Assembly (NCBI GenBank): GCA_002376945.1
Contig: DFOX01000002.1
Coordinates: 31,468-94,875, forward strand
DNA from: Patescibacteria group bacterium UBA3530
GTDB taxonomy: Bacteria > Patescibacteriota > Minisyncoccia > Phycocordibacterales > UBA2100
Direction of reading: 5' to 3'
DNA: 63,408 nt
The translations under genes and the position numbers were made by a program. The notes beneath the pieces were generated by a model. The model saw only the letters and a program-made list of their open reading frames with translations, ran no database searches and was not told the DNA's origin. Positions 7,637 to 15,902 of this stretch are shown piece after piece (position 1 is the stretch's first letter; every line of letters begins with the position of its first letter).

Positions 7637-8539
7637 ATGTCAAATCGACACACCGCAAGATCCGTTGTTCTGCAAACACTATTCGAACTGGATTCGGAAG
7701 GTGTTACACCTACGCGTGCCGATGAGATATTAGCAAACAATGCGAGTGAATTCGCCCCAGATACAAACCTGTTCCCATTCATGAAGCAGCTACTTGACAC
7801 TGTTTTAGCAAAACAGGCGGAGATAGATAAGGTGATCGAAAAGGCGGCGCCTGAATGGCCCCTTGAGAAGATCGCAGTTACTGACCGCAACATCTTGCGA
7901 CTAGGACTCTCTGAACTGTTCTATGCTGATCGTGAACAGGTGCCACCTAAAGTTGCCATCAACGAAGCAATCGAACTGGGAAAAGAATTCGGTGGTGAAT
8001 CAAGTGGACGTTTCATTAACGGAGTGTTGGGGGCGGTATACAAAGAGATGGGTGAACCCGGAAAAGAACGACAAAACAAAAAAAAGAAAGAAATCGCTTA
8101 CGAAGATATGGTTGTTGAACGGCTCGGAGGCGCATTTGTCTATGCAAAGGATGAAACAGGAGCCATGTATGCTGCTTTTGTGCACGATATCTTCGGACAC
8201 TGGACGCTTTCTAAGGGACACATTGAAGCGGAAACTTCAGAAGAGGAGGGAACGAAGAAGAAAATACACGAAGAGCTTGGACTTGACGTTGAGATTAAAG
8301 AAAAGATTGGCGAGAACGAGTACATCGCAAATGATCCTGAGCTTATCAAAAAAAGAAAGCACGTGGTATATTTTTTGGCGGAATCTGCCTTTGATGATAT
8401 TCGATTGGATAAAGACAAGGGGGGGTTGGACGATGCACGGTGGTTTAAACTATCAGATATAGTCGATTTGAATTTTTACGATGATATTCTTCCGGTCATC
8501 ACCAAAGCGGTAAATATTCTTGCACAAGATCGTTCTTAA
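7637..8539 (+). CDS. nusB: NusB antitermination factor fused to a C-terminal Nudix-like domain
   Basis: Residues 1-~138 are NusB-like (RSVVLQTLFELD, EWPLEKIAVTDRNILRLGLSEL, INEAIELGKEFGGESSGRFINGVLG). A Lys-rich linker follows. The C-terminal half carries a degenerate Nudix box GHIEAETSEEEGTKKKIHEELGL. Confidence 0.85.
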   Translation: MSNRHTARSVVLQTLFELDSEGVTPTRADEILANNASEFAPDTNLFPFMKQLLDTVLAKQAEIDKVIEKAAPEWPLEKIAVTDRNILRLGLSELFYADREQVPPKVAINEAIELGKEFGGESSGRFINGVLGAVYKEMGEPGKERQNKKKKEIAYEDMVVERLGGAFVYAKDETGAMYAAFVHDIFGHWTLSKGHIEAETSEEEGTKKKIHEELGLDVEIKEKIGENEYIANDPELIKKRKHVVYFLAESAFDDIRLDKDKGGLDDARWFKLSDIVDLNFYDDILPVITKAVNILAQDRS

Positions 8540-8554
8540 CGGTACGGTAGCATC

Positions 8555-9244
8555 ATGAAAGATTTTTTAGAATTTGAAAAAAGAGTGGGGTGTGTCTTCA
8601 ATGATAAGCAGCTCATACAAACTGCATTTACGCATCGCTCATATGTGAATGAGAACCGAGATGTGGCGACTGAGCACAATGAGCGCCTCGAGTTTCTGGG
8701 AGACGCGGTTTTGGAATTGGTCATCACCGATTTTTTGTTTACTAAATACAAAGACCGACCAGAAGGAGAACTAACCGCTTTTCGAGCTGCTTTGGTTAAT
8801 ACGGTCAGTATTTCCGAATCAGCATCTTCCTTGGGAATGAATGACTTTCTCCTCCTTTCCAAGGGGGAGGAAAAAGATACCGGTCGCGCACGACAATATA
8901 TTCTTGCAAACACATTCGAAGCATTCATCGGCGCGCTCTACCTTGATCAAGGGTATGATGCGGCACGCACATTCATTGCACAGACGCTATTCCCCAAGAT
9001 TGATGAGATTGTTGAAAGACGCTTATGGCAAGATCCCAAGAGCTATTTTCAAGAAAAAGTACAGGAAGAATTTTCAGTGACACCGTCGTACAAAATGGTG
9101 AAAGAAGCGGGGCCAGATCACGATAAGAAATTTATTGCCGCGGCATATATCAATACTGAATCAGTAGCTCAAGGCGAGGGACGCTCAAAACAAGAAGCAG
9201 AACAAGCCGCAGCCCAGAAAGCCATCGAAGTGAAAGGGTGGTAG
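8555..9244 (+). CDS. rnc: ribonuclease III
   Basis: RNase III signature ERLEFLGDAVLELVITDFLF plus a C-terminal dsRBD (GPDHDKKF...GEGRSKQEAEQAAAQKA). Confidence 0.95.
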   Translation: MKDFLEFEKRVGCVFNDKQLIQTAFTHRSYVNENRDVATEHNERLEFLGDAVLELVITDFLFTKYKDRPEGELTAFRAALVNTVSISESASSLGMNDFLLLSKGEEKDTGRARQYILANTFEAFIGALYLDQGYDAARTFIAQTLFPKIDEIVERRLWQDPKSYFQEKVQEEFSVTPSYKMVKEAGPDHDKKFIAAAYINTESVAQGEGRSKQEAEQAAAQKAIEVKGW

Positions 9245-9278
9245 TCACTCTTTTCTCGACATTTCCTTTGGTATACTT

Positions 9279-11390
9279 ATGGATATGTTGAAATCGATTG
9301 AGCTGTCGGGGTTTAAATCCTTCGCCAAGAAAAGCACACTCTCCTTCTCATCCCCCATTTCAGGAATTGTCGGTCCCAATGGTTCCGGAAAGAGTAATAC
9401 TGCAGAAGCATTTCGTTTTGTACTCGGAGAGCAGTCAATGAAAGCTCTGCGCGGAAAGCGCGGTCCCGATCTTATCTGGTCAGGAAACGACCGACAGCCA
9501 AAAGCACACCGAGCACGTGTTGCGCTGGTCTTTGATAATAGGAGAAAGCTTCTCGATATAGATTTCGATGAAGTCGTTGTTGAGCGGATGGTGCACCGTG
9601 ATGGCGCACATGACTACACTATCAATGGAAGCAAGGTGCGTTTGAAGGACGTAATCGAGCTACTCTCTTCTGCCAATATAGGATCAACGGGACATCATAT
9701 CATCTCTCAAGGTGAAGCAGATAGAATCTTGGGTGCATCCACCAAAGAGAGAAAGGCAATGATTGAGGAGGCGCTCGGTCTGAAAACATTTCACTACAAA
9801 AAAGTGGAGAGTGAGAAAAAACTTGAAAAAACAAACGAGAATATGCGCGAAGCGCAGCTACAACAGCAAGAACTTGCACTACAGCGCACCCACCTTGAAC
9901 GACAGGTAAAAAAGGTTGAGCGCGCGCGAGCTCTAAAACGACAGTTGGTTGAACACTACACGCGCTACATAACACTTGAGAGACTGAGAATTAATTCAGA
10001 AAAGCGACGGGTTACGGAGTTGTTGAACGGAGCAGAACATAACGTTACGCTTGCAAGGGAACGCGTTACAAAAGCTGATGCAAAAATTGAGACCGAGAAA
10101 GATACCAGTGCACTCGGTGCGCTTGACGTGCAAACACAACGACTTGCCCAAGAAAAGGGAGTACTTGAACGAAGACGAGGAAAACTGGAGGGTACACTTT
10201 CCGTTGTGACAAACAGCACTGAAGCACAGCACACCAACCAACACATTCCTTTTGTAAAAGTGGAAGCGTTACTTGTCGATATTGAAAAACGTATACAAAA
10301 AGCCCATAAAGATAACGACACTTCTTTTCTACACGAAGTAGTTACTTCGGTACGTGAGTTCCTCAATCAATGCATACCCAATACAAAGACGTCAAAGCAC
10401 ACAGATTCCAAAGAAGCACTCCAAAAAGAATTGGCAGAGGTTGAAGAATCTCTCGCCGCTTTATGTAGTGAAGAGGAAGCTCTTGCGGTTGCAAGAACCA
10501 AAACGCTTGCCGCTTTACGTGAACAAAAGGCACAACAGAACGCATATTTTGAACTAAAAGAGCAACTACGAGAAAGAGAAAGAGAATACGATGTAGCGCA
10601 CCATGAGGCACAAGCGCTTGAGCGCGCACAAAAGCTTCTCGTTGACATTGAGCATCGAGCACAAGATAGAGGGATTGTATACACAGGACAAGCCGAAACC
10701 ATCTCCTTGTCCAAAGAAGAACTGCAAGAGCTATTATCAGAAATTGATCGTGTTGAGGCACGACTCGATGAGGCAGGCGGTGTTGATGAGTCGATTATCC
10801 AAAAATATGAAGCAGTGTGCACACAAGGTGAGTTTATCGAAAAAGAAGTGAGAGATTTAGAACACTCACAGCAAACACTTCTTGAAATTCTTAGCCGTTT
10901 AGATACTGAAATTGCAACACGTTTTACCGAGGGACTCACCAAAATTAATATTGAATTTGAGAAATTCTTCTCCATGCTTTTTGATGGGGGAGCAGCGCAA
11001 TTGGATGTAATAAAAGAATCACAAAGTGGTGAGGACGAGGGAATAGAGGTGCGTGTACAACTTCCTCGAAAGAAGGTAACGACACTCGAAGTGCTCTCAG
11101 GAGGTGAGCGCGCGCTGACGTCAATCGCACTCATCTTTGCCATGAGTCAGGTAAATCCACCACCCTTTATCATTCTCGATGAAACAGATGCGGCGCTTGA
11201 TGAAGCGAATTCTCGACGTTACGCTGATATGATACGCGCGCTTTCGGAAAAGAGTCAATTAATACTCATCACTCACAATCGACAGACCATGGAAGCCGCA
11301 GGGGAATTGTACGGAGTAACGATGGGAAGTGACGGAATATCAAAACTACTGTCGGTAAAATTTGACGAAGCTGTGCGTGTAACAGTATAG
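9279..11390 (+). CDS. smc: SMC-family chromosome partition ATPase, unusually short (703 aa)
   Basis: N-terminal head FKSFAKKSTLSFSSPISGIVGPNGSGKSN...VLGEQSMKALRG. C-terminal head LSGGERALTSIALIFAMSQVNPPPFIILDETDAALD...LYGVTMGSDGISK. The middle is coiled-coil-like with no recognisable hinge. Confidence 0.85.
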   Translation: MDMLKSIELSGFKSFAKKSTLSFSSPISGIVGPNGSGKSNTAEAFRFVLGEQSMKALRGKRGPDLIWSGNDRQPKAHRARVALVFDNRRKLLDIDFDEVVVERMVHRDGAHDYTINGSKVRLKDVIELLSSANIGSTGHHIISQGEADRILGASTKERKAMIEEALGLKTFHYKKVESEKKLEKTNENMREAQLQQQELALQRTHLERQVKKVERARALKRQLVEHYTRYITLERLRINSEKRRVTELLNGAEHNVTLARERVTKADAKIETEKDTSALGALDVQTQRLAQEKGVLERRRGKLEGTLSVVTNSTEAQHTNQHIPFVKVEALLVDIEKRIQKAHKDNDTSFLHEVVTSVREFLNQCIPNTKTSKHTDSKEALQKELAEVEESLAALCSEEEALAVARTKTLAALREQKAQQNAYFELKEQLREREREYDVAHHEAQALERAQKLLVDIEHRAQDRGIVYTGQAETISLSKEELQELLSEIDRVEARLDEAGGVDESIIQKYEAVCTQGEFIEKEVRDLEHSQQTLLEILSRLDTEIATRFTEGLTKINIEFEKFFSMLFDGGAAQLDVIKESQSGEDEGIEVRVQLPRKKVTTLEVLSGGERALTSIALIFAMSQVNPPPFIILDETDAALDEANSRRYADMIRALSEKSQLILITHNRQTMEAAGELYGVTMGSDGISKLLSVKFDEAVRVTV

Positions 11391-11395
11391 CAAAA

Positions 11396-11417
11396 GAGCG
11401 GGAAATCATTCCCGCTC
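11396..11417. terminator. bidirectional terminator hairpin
   Basis: gagcggga (11396-11403) pairs with tcccgctc (11410-11417). It sits between convergent smc and the 86-aa gene. Confidence 0.6.
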
Positions 11418-11428
11418 CTATCCGGAAC

Positions 11429-11689
11429 TTAGTTAGCATGCGCATTGTCATCAGCCGACAGTGTCACCAGGGTGGTGATAATCGTCTTGCACAGGTGATT
11501 GAGCTCCTCCTTAAGATGTGGAGGAGTATCTGTGCTCTTTAGAGATATCCCCTCATCATTTTCAATGACCATGTCTATTTCCAATGCATCAGCGTAGAGC
11601 TGAGCTATTTCAAACATACAGAACATCAACTGATCCTTGTACCTTGTGTCCAGTATGTTCGTGGTGTCGTAGATTCGTATTTCTGCCAT
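11429..11689 (-). CDS. hypothetical small acidic protein
   Basis: A strong SD (AAGGAGGG) lies upstream of ATG 11689. It is co-directional with rnr and 27 nt downstream of it. No family recognised. Confidence 0.65.
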   Translation of the reverse strand: MAEIRIYDTTNILDTRYKDQLMFCMFEIAQLYADALEIDMVIENDEGISLKSTDTPPHLKEELNHLCKTIITTLVTLSADDNAHAN

Positions 11690-11716
11690 TACCGCACCCT
11701 CCTTTTTGTGAGAATA

Positions 11717-13666
11717 CTACACGATGATTTCCCAATCAAGCTCTCTGGTTTCAAGATATACACCCGCTAACCGTATACGCACCGTGTCCCCGATGCGGTA
11801 TGTGGTGCCATTGTTTGTATTCACAATCGCGTACCGTTTTTCATCAAGTTCATACCATCCTCCGGGAATAGTGCTCATACGCACCATGCCTTCTGCCTGC
11901 GTGGTCACTTCTGCAACGAATATACCTCCCTTTGAAACCCCCGTGATTTTTCCGTCAAATGTATCACCAATACGTGTGCGCATATATTCAACCTGCTTGA
12001 ATTTAACCGAATCACGTTCTGCACGCACCGCTTCAACCTCTCTTTGGCTTGCGGCGGTCGCCATACGACGATACACAAGTAACTCTTCATGTGTGAGTGG
12101 TTCATGGTGAAGATGTGCAAAGAGTATGCGATGTACCATCATGTCAGGATACCGTCGTATGGGAGAGGTGAAGTGAGTATAGTGCTTAAATCCCAAACTA
12201 AAATGACCGATATTTTTATCACTATACACCGCTTTTGCCATTGATCGTAATGTAGCCATCTGCACCACGGCTTCTTCGGGTGTTCCCCGCACTTCTCTGA
12301 GAAGCTGTGCGATATCTTTTGTTTCAATTTGGGAGAGATCTCCACCCAAGTGATCATGTCCTAGTGCGCGCAAGAATACACTCAGCTCAGCCAACTTATC
12401 CGGATCAGGTGCGTCATGAATGCGATATATGGACATTGAATGTGAAGGGTTTTTTCCCACACAACACTCAGAAATATGTTTGGCGACAGTGCTGTTTGCC
12501 AGGAGCATAAACTCTTCGATGAGCTTCATGGTATTGAGATGTTCTTTTATGTGTACCTGCACGGGAGCGCCGTGCGCATCAAGTTCAAATTGAATTTCAT
12601 TATTGGTAAACTCAATCGCTCCTTTTGCGATACGTTTCGCTTTCAGTTTTTGTGAGAGTGCCCACAATGTGCGCAACTCTCGATCGTATTCGTGTGCCTC
12701 GCCATCCAAAATGTTTTGCGCATTGCGATAGGTGAATCGATGACGTGATGTAATGAGCGTCTTTGCAAACCTCTTTTTAACCACGCGAGCGTCAGTATCC
12801 ATTTCAAAGATGACCGAAAAGGCCCGTTTCTCTTCGTGAGGGTTTAAGCTGCAGAGATCATTTGAGATAATCTCGGGAAGCATTGGTATGGTGCGATCGA
12901 CAAGGTATACCGATGTTGCACGCTTTTGTGCCTCAGTTTCCAGGAGTGACCCAGGGCGCACATAATGGGTAACATCAGCGATATGTACTCCGACCTCATA
13001 GTTCCCGTTCGGAAGTGTCTGTATTGAAAGCGCGTCATCAAAATCTTTAGCGTCATCAGGGTCAATCGTACAGGTGGGAATGGCGGTATAGTCTTCCCTC
13101 CAACGTCTTTCCTCGTCGGTAATGTTACTCTCGCGCTGTAGTGTTCGAGCAGCGTCTTCAACCGCTTTTGGAAATTCGCTGACAAACCCACGATCAAGCA
13201 CTATTGCTTCCATCTCGGTCTCATGTTCACCTGCTTTACCAATGACTTTTTCCAACACTCCTTCCGGCAGTGTGCTCGGATCATCCCATTTCGTTATGTG
13301 CACCAAGGCCTTATACCCTTCTTGTGCTCCCTTGTGTGTAATGAGCCGGATCGCAGTATATACCAGTGGATTATCCGGTTTCAGTAGCCACATATGATTC
13401 TCTCGTGTAAGGGTTCCCACAAAATGCTCCTGTGCTCGAGAGATAATATTGAGTACTTTCCCTTGCTGACGCTCATCGCGGGATGTATGGGGAAATCGCA
13501 CAATTTCGACCGTGTCGCCGTTTAATGCGGTATGTAGGTATTGTGTTTCGATTCGAATGTCTTTTGGTATGTCTTCATGCATAAAGAATCCCGTTCCGTT
13601 TTTCGTAACGGTAATCACTCCGGTAAGTGTACGTACACGCTTGTGTTGTCTTTTCTTGTGTTGCAT
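11717..13666 (-). CDS. rnr: ribonuclease R (RNB-family 3'-5' exoribonuclease)
   Basis: RNB motifs DPDDAKDFDDALS and HFSLGFKHYTHFTSPIRRYPDMMVHR, N-terminal cold-shock-like OB region, C-terminal S1 domain (FDGKITGVSKGGIFVAE). Confidence 0.92.
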   Translation of the reverse strand: MQHKKRQHKRVRTLTGVITVTKNGTGFFMHEDIPKDIRIETQYLHTALNGDTVEIVRFPHTSRDERQQGKVLNIISRAQEHFVGTLTRENHMWLLKPDNPLVYTAIRLITHKGAQEGYKALVHITKWDDPSTLPEGVLEKVIGKAGEHETEMEAIVLDRGFVSEFPKAVEDAARTLQRESNITDEERRWREDYTAIPTCTIDPDDAKDFDDALSIQTLPNGNYEVGVHIADVTHYVRPGSLLETEAQKRATSVYLVDRTIPMLPEIISNDLCSLNPHEEKRAFSVIFEMDTDARVVKKRFAKTLITSRHRFTYRNAQNILDGEAHEYDRELRTLWALSQKLKAKRIAKGAIEFTNNEIQFELDAHGAPVQVHIKEHLNTMKLIEEFMLLANSTVAKHISECCVGKNPSHSMSIYRIHDAPDPDKLAELSVFLRALGHDHLGGDLSQIETKDIAQLLREVRGTPEEAVVQMATLRSMAKAVYSDKNIGHFSLGFKHYTHFTSPIRRYPDMMVHRILFAHLHHEPLTHEELLVYRRMATAASQREVEAVRAERDSVKFKQVEYMRTRIGDTFDGKITGVSKGGIFVAEVTTQAEGMVRMSTIPGGWYELDEKRYAIVNTNNGTTYRIGDTVRIRLAGVYLETRELDWEIIV

Positions 13667-13848
13667 AGCGAGATATCAACAATTTGCTCTTCGTTCACGT
13701 ATGGTACCATGTGCGGCAGCAAGCATATGAGTTTTCCTTGATAGGGAAGCTACGGGTGCTCCCTTATCCTAAGGGGGCGCTTACTATTTTACGCTGACAG
13801 TCGCAAGTATAGACATTAAAAGAAATTTTGCTATAGTTTCGCCCACAT

Positions 13849-14256
13849 ATGCTAAAGATACGATTACAGCGAACCGGCAGAAAAAACGATCCATCATATC
13901 GTGTGGTCGTTACCGAGCATACTCGCGGACCCAAGAGTGAAAAGCACGTAGACCGTGTTGGTTTCTACAATCCTAAAACAAAGGAACAAAATTTGAGCGA
14001 GGAAAAAATCAAACACTGGATTTCAGTTGGAGCTCAGGCAAGTGGTACCGTACACAATATGTTGGTAAAGGCGGGGATTGTCGATGCTGATACCATTAAT
14101 GTACTTCCGCAGAAATCCCCGGTCGTTAGCGAGACAGAGGAGGTTGCTGAAGAAACATCGGCTGCCCCAGAAGACGAAAATTCGGCAGAGAGCGCACAAG
14201 AGGAAGAAGCGCCAGACGCAGAAGATACTACCGAGGAAGCAAAGACAGACGAGTAG
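13849..14256 (+). CDS. rpsP: 30S ribosomal protein S16 with acidic C-terminal extension
   Basis: MLKIRLQRTGRKNDPSYRVVVTEHTRGPKS...VGFYNP is canonical S16. The tail is SETEEVAEETSAAPEDENSAESAQEEEAPDAEDTTEEAKTDE. An extended -10 TGcTATAGT lies at 13829-13837. Confidence 0.93.
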   Translation: MLKIRLQRTGRKNDPSYRVVVTEHTRGPKSEKHVDRVGFYNPKTKEQNLSEEKIKHWISVGAQASGTVHNMLVKAGIVDADTINVLPQKSPVVSETEEVAEETSAAPEDENSAESAQEEEAPDAEDTTEEAKTDE

Positions 14257-14289
14257 TTCAGTTGACTTAACATCATTGCATGTAATAAT

Positions 14290-14317
14290 AAAAGTCGTCG
14301 CGTATGCGGCGACTTTT
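14290..14317 (+). terminator. hairpin/attenuator between rpsP and the KH gene
   Basis: aaaagtcgtcgc-gtat-gcggcgactttt (one G-U pair), followed by an A-rich tract. Confidence 0.45.
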
Positions 14318-14338
14318 AAAAAATTAATACAGAACATC

Positions 14339-14713
14339 ATGGAAGGAGATCAAGCATTTCTAGAATTTGTAGTGAAGGCGTTGGTGGACAACCCGGACGA
14401 TGTAAAAGTAGATCGCACAGTAGACGAGATGGGCGTACTGCTCACACTCGACGTTCACAAGGACGATATGGGTAAAATTATCGGACGCTCGGGAAACACC
14501 GCAAAAGCTATCCGAACACTCTTGCGAGTAGTTGGGATGAAGAACGACGCGAGAGTTAATTTAAAAATTAACGAGCCGGAAGGTGGTATGCCACGCGACG
14601 CTCGTGAAGAAACTCCCGCAACTACTCCACAGGAAGCTGAAGAAATGTCAGCAGAAGATAAGGCAGCAGCTTCAAAATCTGTCGATGAAGCAATGGAAGA
14701 CTTGGGATTGTAG
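14339..14713 (+). CDS. KH-domain RNA-binding protein (YlqC/UPF0109-like) with acidic tail
   Basis: LEFVVKALVDNPDDVKVD...DMGKIIGRSGNTAKAIRTLLRV carries the GxxG KH motif, and the rpsP-KH-trmD synteny is conserved. ORF-track start 14078 overlaps rpsP and is rejected. Confidence 0.8.
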   Translation: MEGDQAFLEFVVKALVDNPDDVKVDRTVDEMGVLLTLDVHKDDMGKIIGRSGNTAKAIRTLLRVVGMKNDARVNLKINEPEGGMPRDAREETPATTPQEAEEMSAEDKAAASKSVDEAMEDLGL

Positions 14714-14731
14714 AGCATATTTTCGTAACAT

Positions 14732-14760
14732 AAAGCCCCGCTGTATTGCGGGGTTTTGTG
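14732..14760 (+). terminator. rho-independent terminator
   Basis: aaagccccgc-tgtatt-gcggggtttt followed by gtg. Confidence 0.65.
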
Positions 14761-14780
14761 TTGCCGTGTAAGCTACCATC

Positions 14781-15422
14781 ATGATACATTTTCACATAAT
14801 CACACTGTTTCCAGAGTCACTCGAATGCTACTTCAATGCATCAATACTCAAGCGTGCCCAGGAGGATAAAAAAGTGAGTGTTTCCTTTTATAATCCTCGT
14901 GATTTTACCAAAGACAAGCACCGGCGAGTGGACCACAAACCATACGGAGGAGGTCCGGGAATGGTATTAGAAGCCGAAAGTATACTGCGAGCTGTGCAAA
15001 AAGCAATTGGAAGAAAGAAAGATGTTGAAGTGATTTTCTTCTCTCCGAGCGGAAAACAGTTTGAACAAAAGGATGCACAACGACTGGCGAAAAGAAAACA
15101 TCTCGTGTTCCTATGCGGACACTATGAGGGAATCGATGCACGCGTAGCGAATATTCTAAAAGCAAAACCTATGTCGGTGGGCCCGTTTATACTCACCGGA
15201 GGAGAGTTGCCGGCTGCTCTGGTTGCCGATGCCGTCTCACGCAATATCCCCGGAGTGCTTGGTAACAGAGCGTCTCTTGAGGATACGAGAGTTGCGAGTC
15301 CGGACGTGTATACTCGCCCCGAAGTTCTCAAGTGGAAAGGAAAAGACTACAACGTTCCAAAAATACTTCTCTCAGGACATCATAAACATATTGAGCAGTG
15401 GAAGAGAGAGCAGCGAAAGTAA
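14781..15422 (+). CDS. trmD: tRNA (guanine37-N1)-methyltransferase
   Basis: IITLFPE...RRVDHKPYGGGPGMVL...LCGHYEGIDARV is the classic TrmD (SPOUT) signature. Confidence 0.95.
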   Translation: MIHFHIITLFPESLECYFNASILKRAQEDKKVSVSFYNPRDFTKDKHRRVDHKPYGGGPGMVLEAESILRAVQKAIGRKKDVEVIFFSPSGKQFEQKDAQRLAKRKHLVFLCGHYEGIDARVANILKAKPMSVGPFILTGGELPAALVADAVSRNIPGVLGNRASLEDTRVASPDVYTRPEVLKWKGKDYNVPKILLSGHHKHIEQWKREQRK

Positions 15423-15434
15423 TCTCGTGACTAT

Positions 15435-15470
15435 ATCTACTGAGATATCTACGTAGATATCTCAGTAGAT
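15435..15470. promoter_or_regulatory. 36-bp perfect palindrome (operator and/or hairpin)
   Basis: atctactgagatatctac|gtagatatctcagtagat, with no mismatch. It lies 13 nt after the trmD stop and covers the -35 region of a putative TGtTAGAGT extended -10 (15472-15480) for the AbrB-like gene. Confidence 0.7.
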
Positions 15471-15486
15471 GTGTTAGAGTGTATAT

Positions 15487-15675
15487 ATGAAAACAAGAAA
15501 ACGCATTGGAGAGAATTTAGTACGGAAACTTACTAAAGTTGCAGGAGGTGCAAGTTACAGCATCACTCTACCCATCAACATTGTTCGCCAATTTAGATGG
15601 AAGGGAAAACAGAACCTCCAACTTAAAATACATGAGAAAAAGAAGCGCATTGTTATCGAAGATTGGGAGAAGTAG
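15487..15675 (+). CDS. AbrB/MazE/SpoVT-type DNA-binding domain protein
   Basis: LTKVAGGASYSITLPINIVRQFRWKGKQNLQLKIHEKKKRIVIEDW resembles the swapped-hairpin SpoVT-AbrB domain; 62 aa; no SD. Confidence 0.55.
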   Translation: MKTRKRIGENLVRKLTKVAGGASYSITLPINIVRQFRWKGKQNLQLKIHEKKKRIVIEDWEK

Positions 15676-15692
15676 TTGTCCCTGAAAATCAG

Positions 15693-15721
15693 TTGACAAA
15701 AAATATTCCTTCAAGTACAAT
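15693..15721 (+). promoter_or_regulatory. near-consensus sigma70 promoter of rpoBC
   Basis: TTGACA (15693-15698), a 17-nt spacer, then TACAAT (15716-15721). The leader to rpoB is ~180 nt. Confidence 0.65.
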
Positions 15722-15902
15722 GCCGCGTACTTTTTGTGTGATTGTGTCCTGGCTGATTTCGTAGGAAATCGAGTCATGAAAAGTGATTTTTAATACTTTT
15801 GTTAAGTGATTTAAGAACTCACGTATTGCTTGGCAAACAATTACTAACCTTAGTGTGTAAATGTAACGAGACGATGCATCGTCGGCTCGTTCTAAATGTA
15901 AT

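Noticed and set aside
10367-11143. 258-aa Ser-rich ORF on the minus strand within smc (also 9965..10366 and 10363..10761)
   Set aside because: These are antisense to the coiled-coil region of SMC. GAA/AAG-rich coding sequence gives long open antisense frames, and the composition (poly-Ser/Cys) is not protein-like.
14078-14338. N-terminal 87-aa extension of the KH-domain ORF
   Set aside because: It overlaps the rpsP 3' end in another frame and spans the hairpin at 14290-14317. The extension is a basic low-complexity read-through. The conserved KH protein begins at MEGDQAFLEF (14339).
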